Assembly: GCA_038087875.1 (NCBI GenBank)
Contig: CM075994.1
Location: forward strand, 930,001-994,000
Reading direction: 5' to 3'
Length of the DNA stretch: 64,000 bases
Source: Malacoraja senta
Taxonomy: Eukaryota
Below the pieces are notes generated by a model. It was not told the origin of the DNA. It did not search any database and saw only the letters and a program-made list of their open reading frames with translations. Each line of letters opens with the position of its first letter. The stretch's first letter is position 1. This document shows positions 39,101 to 49,740 of the stretch, piece after piece. The position numbers and the translations under genes are program-made.

Positions 39101-41674
39101 CATAACAAAGAAATGGGAGGGCGGGGGAAACAAAAAAACTGGGACAGAATTAAATGATAAACCGATAAACAGGAGGCGCAAGGTAAGTGGTTTGACACCA
39201 TGTAAAAATCTATAACGAGGCATCGTTACTTTACTATCTTTATTCATACTGGAGCATTACATATTGCACTAGCTGTACGTGGTCTGTCACAGGAACTAGA
39301 GAGCGATCTGTGTTTGGGGAGGTTGTAGTTATACTTGTGATATGGGGAGTGGTTAGTAGGTATGAGGTCACTATGTTAAAGGCACATGCATATATCATCT
39401 ACAGGTACGTACTGGATACCTGCTCCAACCTCATCTACTGCATATGTAGGAAGGAACTGCAGATGCTGGTTTACGCCGAAGATAGCCACAAAATGCTTGA
39501 GTAACGCGGCGGGACAGGCAGCATCTGCGGATAGAAAGAATGGGTGACGTTTCGGATCGAGAGCCTTCTTCAGACTGAGAGACAGTGGAAGGGGACACGC
39601 AGAGATATGAAAAGGAAAGGTGTGAAAACGAGACATCAAATGGGACGCTGTTACCCTACAATACGATAGAACTTTACTAATCCCAGGAGGGAAAGTATTA
39701 TGCTAACAGTCATAAAAAAAACAAGGTACATTAAATTAAAGTGACGAATGGAAAGGTTTGGGGATGTGCAAAGATTTGGGAAGGGGGGTGGGTGTGAAGT
39801 GGTATTCTGATCAAGGGAAATGTAGAATGGACAATTGTTAGCTGGGGGAAGTGGACAACGAAGCAAAGAGAGATAAATATTTAATCAAAGGGACAGTCAG
39901 ACTGGTCGGGGAATTAGGATGGGATGGAGAGAGAGGAAAAGCAATGGTCACTTGGAGTTAGAGAAGTCAAGCTGGGGTGTAAGCTGCCCAAGCGAAACAC
40001 GAGGTGCTGTTGCTCCTGTTTGCGCTGGGCCTCACTCTGACAATGGAGGAGGCCCCTGACAGAATGGGTAGGTGTGCGAATGGGAGGAGGAGTAAAAGTG
40101 TTTGGCCACCGGGAGATATCCCAGTTCCCGATGTGGCCTCCTGGACGTCGGCAAGACAATGTGTAGACTGGGCGAAAATTTCGCCGAACACTTGCGCTCG
40201 GTCCGCCAAGACCTGCTGGATCTCCCGGTTCTTAACCATTCCCTTCCCGTTACCACACTGACCTTTTTTTTTTTAAATCCTGGGCCTCCTTCACTGCCAG
40301 AATGAGGCCACACGCAAACTGGAGGAACAGCATCTTACAACCCAACGGTATGAACATTGAATACTCCGATTTTAGGTAACCCTTCACCAACCTCCCCCAA
40401 AGCCCATTCCATTCTACCCCATACCACCCCTCTCTCTTCCCACGCCTCCCCGCTCCTGTTCCCCGCACAGCACTAAAGACCTGGGTTCGACTCTGACCTT
40501 GGTGTGTCTGTGTGTAGTATGAACATTCTGCATGTGACTGCGTGGGTTTTATCCAGTTGCTCCGGATTGCTCCCACACTCCACTGGTCTGATTGCAAAAG
40601 TTAGAGGAAACCTTGGGCACCCGGAGAATACCCACGATGTCACGGGGACAACGGCCAATCTCCGGGCAGACTGCACCCGTAGTCAGAATCGAACCCGGGA
40701 CTCTGACAGCAACTCTACCGCTGCGCCACCGTGCCGACCCGTTGCGTTACTCCAGCGTTTTGTGTTTATCTTTCCTCCATTTGTTGCCTGACCCGCTGAG
40801 CTACTCCAGCGTTTTGTATCTATTTTTCTTTCCAGGGCCGCTGCCTGACCCGCTGAGTCACCCCGGCGTTTCTTGTCCTTTCGGGTACCACTTCCCCGGG
40901 TCTCCGCTCCGCTACACGCCCGTGTGCCGGCTCAGTGCCTACGTGCAAGGCTTCAGTTTCCAGCTCAATACCTGGTTCACCGTGTCCTTCACGTGTGACC
41001 GTTTCGTGGCTATCTGTTGCCGGAAGCTGAGGCGCACGTATTGCACCGAGCGAACCGCGGCGATGGTGTTAGCGGCGGTAGGAATGGTCAGTGTGTTGAC
41101 GAACGCGCCCTTGCCTCTCCGCTACCGGCCCTGTCACACCGTTCACCGTGTAGCCTACGGTTGCTGCCCTGTGCCGGGTCACCTGGAATCCCCACTGTGG
41201 TCCGCCCATCGCTGGGCCTCCAACCTCCTCAACACCTTCCTCCCCATCCCCGCCCTGCTGCTGCTGAGTTCGCTGACCGCCAGACACATCCTGTGGGCTA
41301 GCAGGGCCCGACTGGCCCTGAAGGGCCCTCTCCAGGGGGGCGGGGGCAACGACCCCGAGGTCAGGAGCCGGAGGGCTTCGGTCGCCCTGCTGTTCGCCGT
41401 CTCCGGGAGCTTCGTGGCGCTGGCCGTTCCCATCACGGTGATCCACGCCTGGGTGGGGGTGAGCGGGACGGTGATGTTCCGCGGTCCCCGCTCGCTGTAC
41501 GCGGCCGTGCAAGTCGCGATGCTGCTGAAGTGCCTCGGTTCCTGCACAAACACCTGTGTGTACGCCCTCACCCAGAGCAGGTTCAGAGCGCAGTTGAAAG
41601 CCCTGCTCACACCCCCCTTCGCTGCTCTGTGCATAGGTGTTAAGGTGAGGGGGAAAGATGTACGAGGAACCTGA
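33195..41674 (+). CDS. GPR139/GPR142-like GPCR, copy 4 (Gypsy in intron 2 donor, acceptor GG)
   Basis: Exons 33195-33258, 34520-34655 and 40885-41674 are open. Functional status uncertain. Confidence 0.68.
34660..34863 (-). repeat. Gypsy 3' LTR (204 bp)
   Basis: Differs from the other LTR by 2 substitutions and 1 indel; PPT adjacent. Confidence 0.95.
34933..38340 (-). CDS. pol: Gypsy Pol (protease, RT, RNase H, integrase)
   Basis: KIDTGA; LDAKSSFWQIP, RMPFG, IVDD; CDAS, YAQIEKE, TDHQPL; HRGH...CSTC, VDSYS, SDNGSQF, NGLAERAV. Confidence 0.93.
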   Translation of the reverse strand: MLRRSRGKPVAAPRGNLNNLLQTDSELSSQCYFDEQSVSASDSSQGENSLYTVLGAPAMITDPSVRVTVNNSTFTAKIDTGAVANVMSTSVFKQIRTNEQIFSQNSTLHAYGGGEILTPVGKATLRCKILETSRPLTFYLLDQKCIPLLGIRACQEMGLVSFHRDIHQVQALMDPLADYPDRFDDELGKLPCSYKIVVDRKIDPVVNAPHRVAFAMKDRVESTLHSMVQMGILKVVIEPTRWVSSMVVAAKKDMSEIRICINPKDLNLAIRRPHYPMRTVEEVAAQVGPATVFSVLDAKSSFWQIPLDEQSSILTTFATPYGRFRFLRMPFGINSASEVFQRTMEQLFSGLPCAIIVDDILVYGKDVAEHDVNLRQVLDRARQINLKLNPKKCRFRVPEVTYVGHVFTAEGLKPDPQKTAAISGMPSPTNVAGLQRFLGLVNYLGKFIPDLRELSAPLRDLIKKDTSWAWFPHHQKAFDILKSKLISTPTLKFFDLQRPIVLTCDASQFGLGAACLQVHDGLQLPVSFASRTMTVTEQHYAQIEKELLAVVFACSKFRDYIVGNTFTIETDHQPLVTILNKSIHVASSRLQRMMLQLQRFTFTVVYRKGKDMFVADTLSRAPLSSTVRHPYEMSDLLVLQMDIVPSQQMKSLVEHTTNDPALQQLSAVIQRGWPDRRSALPAGAVPYFLVRDELVLHDGVVVKGHKVVVPAALHDHYFQVAHRGHPGAEATVSLARSQFYWPDMAKYIRERVSSCSTCNSLAPHQQRQPLLQQPAPELPWMALAADIFEWRGKHFLVLVDSYSSWFVVDRLHSLTSSAIIDRLYPHFGTFGPPASLQSDNGSQFTSSEFKAFASSWNFRHFTSSPEYPQSNGLAERAVRSAKHLLEQCGGINSDFHLALLNLRNIFRDSAMGSPAQRLMSRATRLPLPVAQRSLIPSVLPPAAVQKRIAFRHNVQKRSHDRSCHPLPRLFPGQVVRMQTTSGHSKLATVVGSAGSPRSYLVDHAGAIYRRSRQHLWLFNEPRPPAADPFAPPLPASRPGVALPVLPNMQRSAPPQLLPSHPAPTSPRSPARALPAPDPASPPGLVPRSPPSPPVSPFQVRLSPSVPLPPAGREDGETRTRSGRLAKPPVRYGDFV
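38270..39103 (-). CDS. gag: Gypsy Gag (likely start MASSARKP at 39103)
   Basis: ERFKLFARRQLPGE...LRHLARRC, IRDLLVYGL; zinc knuckles CPNC...H...C and CTFCKKLNH, the second lacking its last Cys at the frameshift. Confidence 0.85.
   Translation of the reverse strand: MASSARKPDVLVFDLDIALRWDVFKRDFEHYVTIAHPAATADLKASLLLNLAGPEALTRSDFFVYAAGESARDPVCLVAKFDAICDIPTNCILERFKLFARRQLPGENAENYVSALRHLARRCRLHTWTPDEIIRDLLVYGLRDDKLRAELLRKPDLTFNDAMHATRLAEAVTSAVSPAEQAINCASTPSHLMNTPRSRPPGSLAARGGRAPGFVTAPGGGTRERCPNCNFTTHQYNVCPALGKTCTFCKKLNHFAAALPWEACRCSEGKFKQPSTN
39201..39403 (-). repeat. Gypsy 5' LTR (203 bp)
   Basis: Direct repeat of 34660-34863; PBS adjacent. Confidence 0.95.
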
Positions 41675-42380
41675 GGGGTACCCTTCAGCCAAACGTGCTC
41701 ACAATGGCCACCATGCTCCGTCTACACTAGGCCCACCTGCCTTCATTAGGTCCATATCCCTCCAAACCTGTCCGATCCATGTACGTGTATAAATGTTTCT
41801 TAAACGTTGCCAAACACGATGGCAAGATCATCTAATCTCTATGTTGCCGCGTGGGTTTCCTCTCGGTGCTGCATTTCCTTCCACACCCTAAAAATTTTGT
41901 AGGTATTTGGACTCACCAAATTGCCCATTAGAGTATAGGGAGTTCTCCTCTCTCCCCTTTTCTCCCCTCTCCCATCGCGCAAAATGTATAGAAATATGAA
42001 TACACACACCTCAAGTTTCAGGGACAGTTTCTTCCCAACTGTTATCAAGAAACTGAAGCATCCTACCACAACCAGTGAGCAGTGCTAAATTACTATCTAC
42101 CTCATTGGTGACCGTCGGACTATTTTTTACCGGAATTTACTGGATTAACCTTGCACGAAACGTTATTCCCTGGGCCTTATCGTGTATCTGTACAATGTGG
42201 ACGGCTCCATTGTAATCATGTATTGTCTTTCCGCTGACTGGTTAGCACGCAACAAAAAGTTTTAACTGTACCTCCGTTAAGGTGACAACAAACAAAGCGA
42301 AATTATTCCTACGGCATGCGTCTACTAGGGTGACAGCTAGACTCTTTTATTGTTCCAGATTAAAATAAAACATGAATTGG

Positions 42381-43467
42381 ATCATCATTGAATCATTGAA
42401 CCATTCAATCATTCAACCATTGAATCATTGAATCATTGAACCATTGAATCATTCAACCATTCAGCCAGTGAACCATTGAATCATTGAACCAGTCAGCCAT
42501 TGAGCCATTGAGCCATTCAATCATTGAACCATTGAGCCATTGAATCATTGAACCAATGAGCCATTGAACCATTGAACTATTGAGCATTTGAATCATTGAA
42601 CCATTGAATCATTCAACCATTGAACCATTATAACCATATAACCATATAACAATTACAGCACGTAAACAGGCCATCTCGGCCCTTGTAGTCCGTGCCGAAC
42701 ACTTACTCTCACCTAGTCGCATCTACCTGCACTCAGACCATAAGCCATTGAACCATTGAAACAATGAATCATTGAATCGTTGAACGATTGAGCCATTGAA
42801 TCATTGAACCATTGAACGATTGAGCCATTGAGCCATTGAACCATTGAATCATTGAGCCATTTGTCCTTTAATCTGGTTGATCACAAACTCTGTTCTCATT
42901 GGGTCCATTCGAAGCGGGGAGCAATCTCGTCTGCACGGAGTAAATAACATTAATTGAATCATTGAACCACAGAACCATTGAATCATTGAGCCAATGAATC
43001 ATTGGATCATTGAATCATTGAACCGTTGAACCGTTGAGCCATTGAGCCATTGAGCCATTGAACCATTGAACCATTGAATCATCGAATCATTGAACCATCG
43101 AATCATTGAACAATTGTATCATTGAGCCTTCAAAACATCGAACCATTGAACCATTGAATCATGGAATCGTTGAATGATTGATCATTGAGAAATTTTGAAT
43201 GATTGAACCATTGAGCCATTGAACCATTGAACCATTGAGCCATTGAATCATTGAATCATTGAATCATTGAACCATTGAGCCATTGAGCCATTGAATCATT
43301 GAGCCATTGAATCATTGAATCATTGAATCATTGAGCCATTGAACCGTTGAGCCGTTGAATCGTTGAACCATAGAGCCATTAAGCCATTTAGCCATTGAAC
43401 CATTGAGGCATTGAATCGTTGAATCGTTGAACCATAGAGCCATTGAACCAATGAACCATTGAGCCAT
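42381..43467. repeat. 8-bp minisatellite, unit 4
   Basis: As 4981-6137. Confidence 0.95.
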
Positions 43468-46077
43468 TTGTTCTTTAATCTGGTTGATCACAAACTTTGT
43501 TCTCATTGGGTCCATTCGAAGCGGGGAGAAATCTCGTCTGCACGGAGTAAATAACATAAATTGCAGTCACTGAATTCACTGTTTCACAACGGGACACGAA
43601 ATGGAATATTATTTCAATGTTTCTATAGAGAATAGACGCAGGAGTGGGCCATTCGGTCCGTTGTGCTAGCACCGCCATTCAATGTGACCATGGCTGATCA
43701 TCCCCAATCAGTACTCCGTTCCTGCCTCCTCACCATATTCCCTGACTCCGCTATCTTTAAGAGCCTTAACTAGCTTTATCTTGACAGTATCCAGAGAACC
43801 AGCCTCCACAGGCAGAGAATTCCACAGAATCACAGCTCTCTGTGTGAAAAGGTGTTTTCTCATCTCCGTTCTAAATGGCTTACCCCTCAGTCTTAAACTG
43901 TGGCCCCTGGATCTAGACTCCCCCAACATGTGTCCTGCCTCTAGCATGTCCAAACCCTTAATAATCTTATATGTTTCAATAAGATCCCCTCTCATCTAAA
44001 TTCCAGAGTATACAAGCCCAGCCGCACCATTCTCTCAGCATATGACAGTCCCGCCATCCCGGGAATTAACCTTGTATACCTACGCTGGACTCCCTCAATA
44101 GCAAGAATTTCCTTCCTCAAATAAGGGGACCAAAACTGCTCACAATACACCAGGTGTCGTCTCACTAGTGCCCTGTACCACTGCAGAAGGAACTCTTTGC
44201 TCCTATACTCGACTCCTCTTGTCATGACTAGAGAACACACTGAGTCATGTGGATATCCCAAAAGCTTTTGAAGGTGTACAATTCATCAATACATTAAAAC
44301 ACGGTGCCAGATAGTACCTGTTGTCAACCTATTCATGTTCCCTACCTTTGAACTCCGCTCCTTGAGGTTTCAGAAGACGATAGGCAGACCATTTCACATG
44401 CTCGCTGTTATTACCATTATACATCCAATACATACAGACTTGCCATTAATACATTTGGCGTCACTAACTTTCAGTTTTAGCTTCGTTTAGTTTAGTTTAG
44501 TTTAGAGATGCAGCGCGGAACAGGCCCTTCGGCCCACCGAGTCCGTGCCGACCAACGATCCTCGCACGTTGACACGATCCCGCACACACTAGGGACAATT
44601 TAGATTTCTACCAAGCCAATTAACCTACCCACCTGTACGTCTTTGGAGTGTGGGAGGAAACCGAACATCTCTGGCGCAGGTCAAGGGGAGAACTTACAGA
44701 CAGCACCCATAGTCGGAATCTAACCTCGGCCCTGTAGATGATGTTGGAGGAGATGCCAGTCAACCTCTGCCTCATCTGCATTTGCACCTCCTCGCCCCGA
44801 CAGTCTTTTCAGGTGAGGCAGAGGTTCACTTGCATCTCATACAACCTCATCTACTGTATCCGCTGCCCCAGGTGTGAACCTCCGCACATCGGCGAGACCA
44901 AGCGCAGGCTCGGCGATCGTTTTGTTGAACACCTCCGCTCAGTCCGTCTTAACCGTCTTAAGTTTAAGCAATTTAAGTATCCTTTATTGTCATTTAGACA
45001 TTTCAGTCTGAGCGAAATTGTATACCTTGCAGTCATAACATAGAATAAAATAACAAAACACACAGTTCAACATCCACCACAGTGAGTCTACCAGGCACCT
45101 CCTCATTGTGATGGAAGGCAAAAATCTTAAAGTCCTTGTCATTTCCCTCCTCGTCTCCCTCTACTTTGAGGCGATCCAGGCTTCCGGTGTTGGGCCTCCC
45201 AGCGGCTGCAACCGAGCTCCGCGAACGGGCTGGTTCAAACTCCGTGGCCCGGGGCGGTCGAAGCTGCCGAAGCTGCCACCCACCAGTCCAGCAGACGAAG
45301 CTGATGTTGCGGGAGCTCCGGAGAATCGGTCACCAACCTGGGACCTGCGAGCTCCCGACGTTGTCGTCCACTGGGCCCGCGGCCGAGCCTCCGAGGCTCC
45401 GAAATCGGGTCGCCGCCACCACAGCCCCGAAGTCGGCCAGCCTTGCGGTGGTAAGTCCTGGCTCTGCCTCCGGAGCCTCGATGTTGGTCCCTGTTGGAGG
45501 TCGCCAGCTCCCCGATTAGGCCTCAGCGCAGACGGAGACGGAGACGGGTGATACGACAAGTAAAGGTCGCACCCCCCCCCCCCCCCCCGCCCCGATGGAG
45601 GAGTCTAAAGACAATTTCTCCCATTCCCCCCACATATACACAACTAAAATAAACGAAATAAACTAAACAACAGGACAAAAGAAACAAAAAAAGAGAAAAG
45701 ACAAACGGACTGCAGGTGAGCCGCAGCTGCTTGGGGGGCGCCGCCACTTCCGGACATCGACATCTGATAGACAATAGACCAAGGGTCACCAAAAGGGTAG
45801 ATAGTAGTTCAGGACTGCTCTCTGGTTATGCTAGGGTGTATCAAATGCCTGATAACAGCCGGGAAGAAACTGTGCCTGAATGTGATGATGTGCCTTTTCA
45901 GATCAAGTTTCAGATCAAGTTTCCGAGCTGTATCACTCAACTAACCTAAAATAAACGAATCAAAACTAAACTAAACTAGACTAATGATAACATAACTAAT
46001 TAAAGCAAACTAATGCACTAAAGTAAACTAACTAAATTAAATTAACTAAAGCACACTAACTAAACTAAACTAGTGAT

Positions 46078-49000
46078 TACACTAACTAAACTAAACTAGT
46101 AAACAAGTAGAACGCCAGCGGAGTCGCGGGGCGGCAGAACACCAGCGCCCACCAAGCCAGCTCGGCCGACCGGAAGCACCAACAGACGGCGACGTGAACG
46201 GAAGCACCGCCGGGGACGCAGAAGTGGGTTAAAGGCCAGGTTAGAGCTAGTCCCACACAGGCTAGCGATTCCTAGCCTTTTCCTCGCCAACGTGCGCTCA
46301 CTGGCAAACAAAATGGACGAACTCCGGCTAAGGATCACCTCCCACAACTGGATCAAAGACTGCAGCATCTTGATCCTCACTGAAACTTGGCTCAACACCG
46401 ACGTCCTGACAGCGCCATCCAGCTAACGGGGCGGCATTTACTCCGAGCGGACAGGACAATAGACTCCGGTAAGACCAGAGGTGGAGGTCTGTGCATTTAT
46501 GTAAACCAAGCATGGTGCACGGACACCACCATCATCGAGAGTCACTGCTCAGCTAACCTAGAGTTCCTCTTGGTTAGATGCAGACCGTTCTATCTGCCCA
46601 GAGAGTTTACCTCCACTGTTGTGACTGCAGCCTATATTCCTCCTGATGCTAATGCCAAACTTGCAATGAAAGATCTGCATACTGCCATTAGCAAACAACA
46701 GACTCACAACCCCGAGGCAGCCTTCGTTGTTGCGGGTGACTTCAATCACTCCAACCTGAAGACTGTACTCCCCAAATTCCACCAACATGTCTCCTTCGCC
46801 ACTAGAGAAGACAAGACACTGGACAAAGTCTACACCAACATGGCTGAAGCTTACAAAGCCGTCCCACTCCCCCACCTTGGACAGTCTGATCACCTCTCAT
46901 TGTTCCTGCTCCCAAAGTACTCCCCACTCATCAGACGGGTTAAACCCACTGTGAGGAGAGTTAAAGTCTGGTCAGAGGATGCGGACTCCACACTTCAGCA
47001 GTGTTTTGGAAACACTGACTGGAAGGCGTTTGCAGCCCAGGCCACCCTTGACTCCCACACGGACATTGACTCCTATACATCCTCTGTTCTGGACTTTATA
47101 AACTCCACCATCAACATAGAAACATAGAAACATAGAAATTAGGTGCGCCATTCGGCCCTTCGAGCCTGCACCGCCATTCAATATGATCATGGCTGATCAT
47201 CCAACTCAGTATCCCGTACCTGCCTTCTCTCCATACCCTCTGATCCCTTTAGCCACAAGGGCCACATCTAGCTCCCTCTTAAATATAGCCAATGAACTGG
47301 CCTCGACTACCCTCTGTGGCAGAGAGTTCCAGAGATTCACCACTCTCTGTGTGAAAAAAGTTCTTCTCATCTCGGTTTTAAAGGATTTCCCCCTTATCCT
47401 TAAGCTGTGACCCCTTGTCCTGGACTTCCCCAACATCGGGAGCAATCTTCCTGCATCTAGCCTGTCCAACCCCTTAAGAATTTTGTAAGTTCTATAAGAT
47501 CCCCTCTCAATCTCCTAATTCTAGAGAGTATAAACCAAGTCTATCCAGTCTTTCTTCATAGACAGTCCTGACATCCCAGGAATCAGTCTGGTCAACAGTG
47601 TCACCTCCCTCAAACGGGTGACCATATTCCCGAATCAGAAGCCATGGATGAACAGCGAGGTCAGGCTACTGCTGAAAGCACGGGACACCGCTTTCAGGTC
47701 AGGCGATGCCCGAGCCTATAGCTTCATCCAGGGCGAACCTGAAGAAGGGCATAAAGAAGGCCAAGCACTGCCATAAGCTCAGGATTGAGGAGCACTTCAA
47801 CAACAACTCCGACCCCCGACGCATGTGTGGCAAGGCATCCAGGCCATCACGGACTTTAGACCCACCAACACCACCCCACATCCAGCAACGCCTCCTTCCT
47901 TGAGGAGCTTAACCACTTCTATGGCCGCTTTGACAGGGACAATCGGCAGTTGGCCATCAAGGCGGTGCTCACTGCCGATCACCAGCCCCTCTCACTCACC
48001 CCCTACGACGTGTACGTGGCACTGAGTAGGACTACTGCTGGCCCTGACGGCATCCCCGGGCGCGTCCTCAGGGCCTGTGCTGCGCAGCTGACAGACGTCT
48101 GGACTGACATCTTCAACCTGTCACTTGCCCAAGCAGTTGTGCCCACGTGCCTTAAATCCACCTCCATCGTGCCGGTGCCAAAACACTCCACTGCGGCAAG
48201 CCTCAACGGACTTCCGCCCAGTTGCACTTACTCCCATCATCGCCAAGTGCTTCGAGAGGCTGGTGCTGGCACACCTCAAAGGCTTCCTACCCCCCACATT
48301 GGATCCCTATCAGTTTGCCTACCGCAAGAACAGGAGTACGGAGGATGCCATCTCAACGGCACTTCACTCCGCCCTCTCCCACCTCGACAACAGAGACACT
48401 TACGTAAGAATGCTGTTCATGGATTACAGCTCAGCATTCAACACCATCATACCCTCTAAACTGATCACCAAACTCGGTGACCTGGGCATCGACCCCTCCC
48501 TCTGCAACTGGATACTGGACTTTCTAACCAACAGACCCCAGTCTGTTAGGTTAGACAAGCACACCTCTTCAACCCTCACCCTGAACACCGGCGCTTCCAC
48601 AGGGCTATGTGCTGAGCCCCCTCCTCTACTGCCTCTTCACCTACGAATGCACACCTGTACATGGTACTAACACCATCATCAAGTATGCAGATGATACAAC
48701 GGTGATTGGCCTCATCAGCAACAACGATGAGTCGGCCTAAGGGGAGGAGGTCCAGCTCCTAGCAGCATGGTGCACTGACAACAACCTGGCCCTTAACTCC
48801 AAGAAGACCAAGGAGCTCATTGTAGACTTCAGGAAGTCTAGGGGCGGCACGCACACCCCCATCCACATTAACGGGACGGAGGTGGAACGTGTTTCTAGCT
48901 TCAGGTTCCTGGGGGTCAACATCTCCGATGACCTCTCTTGGACCAACAATACCTCAACTCTGGTCAAGAAGGCTCACCAGCGTTTCTTCTTCCTGAGGAG

Positions 49001-49546
49001 ACTAAAGAAGGTCCATCTGTCTCCTCAGATTCTGGTGAACTTCTACCGCTGCACCATCGAGAGCATCCTTACTAACTGTATCACAGTATGGTATCGCAAC
49101 TGCTCTGTCTCCGACCGGAAAGCACTTGCAGAGGGTGGTGAAAATTGCCATACGCATCACCGGTTGCTCACTCCCCACCATTGAGTCTGTCCAAAGCAAG
49201 CGTTGTCTGCGAAGGGCACTCAGCATCGCCAAGGACTGCTCTCACCCCAACCACAGACTGTTTACCCTCCTACCATCCGGGAGGCGCTACAGGTCTCTCC
49301 GTTGCCGAACCAGCAGGTCCAGGAACAGCTTCTTCCCTGCGGCGGTTACACTACTCAACACTGTACCTCGGTGACTGCCAATCACCCCCCCCCCCCCCGG
49401 ACACTCCTCCCACCAGGATTTATTAGATTTATTTATTTACTGCTCATATTTATGTCGCTCTTCTAGGGAGATGCTAACTGCATTTCGTTGTCTCTGTACT
49501 GTACACTGCACAATGACAATAAAGTTGAATCTGAATCTGAATCTGA
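46078..49546 (+). mobile_element. Rex1/Babar LINE, multiply frameshifted, CR1 inserted
   Basis: Colinear with the other Rex1 copies; many small indels. Confidence 0.92.
47117..47591 (-). mobile_element. Young CR1 3' fragment nested in Rex1
   Basis: TCAACA duplicated at 47111 and 47592; (TTTCTATG)n tail; closely similar to the 3' end of 55128-56298. Confidence 0.9.
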
Positions 49547-49740
49547 TGTAATGACTGTGGTTGTGAGTTGCAACGTTATCTCTGAGGATCATTAGGTCTC
49601 ATTAGTGCTGCTTTGCGAACCCTTGCGTTGAATATTTGCTCTGGCTAATGATATGGATGTCGCAAGAGACCATCTGCTCACGTATAAATCCTTCCGTTTC
49701 CAAAGCACCCCATTCATAGAGCGCCTCCTTTCACCAGAGG

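Larger units (their letters stand above)
34660..39403 (-). mobile_element. Full-length Ty3/Gypsy LTR retrotransposon (Mag-like)
   Basis: TG...CA LTRs; 5-bp TSD GGTAC at 34655-34659 and 39404-39408; PBS TGGTGTCA next to 39200; PPT at 34864-34876; domain order gag-PR-RT-RH-IN. Confidence 0.96.
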
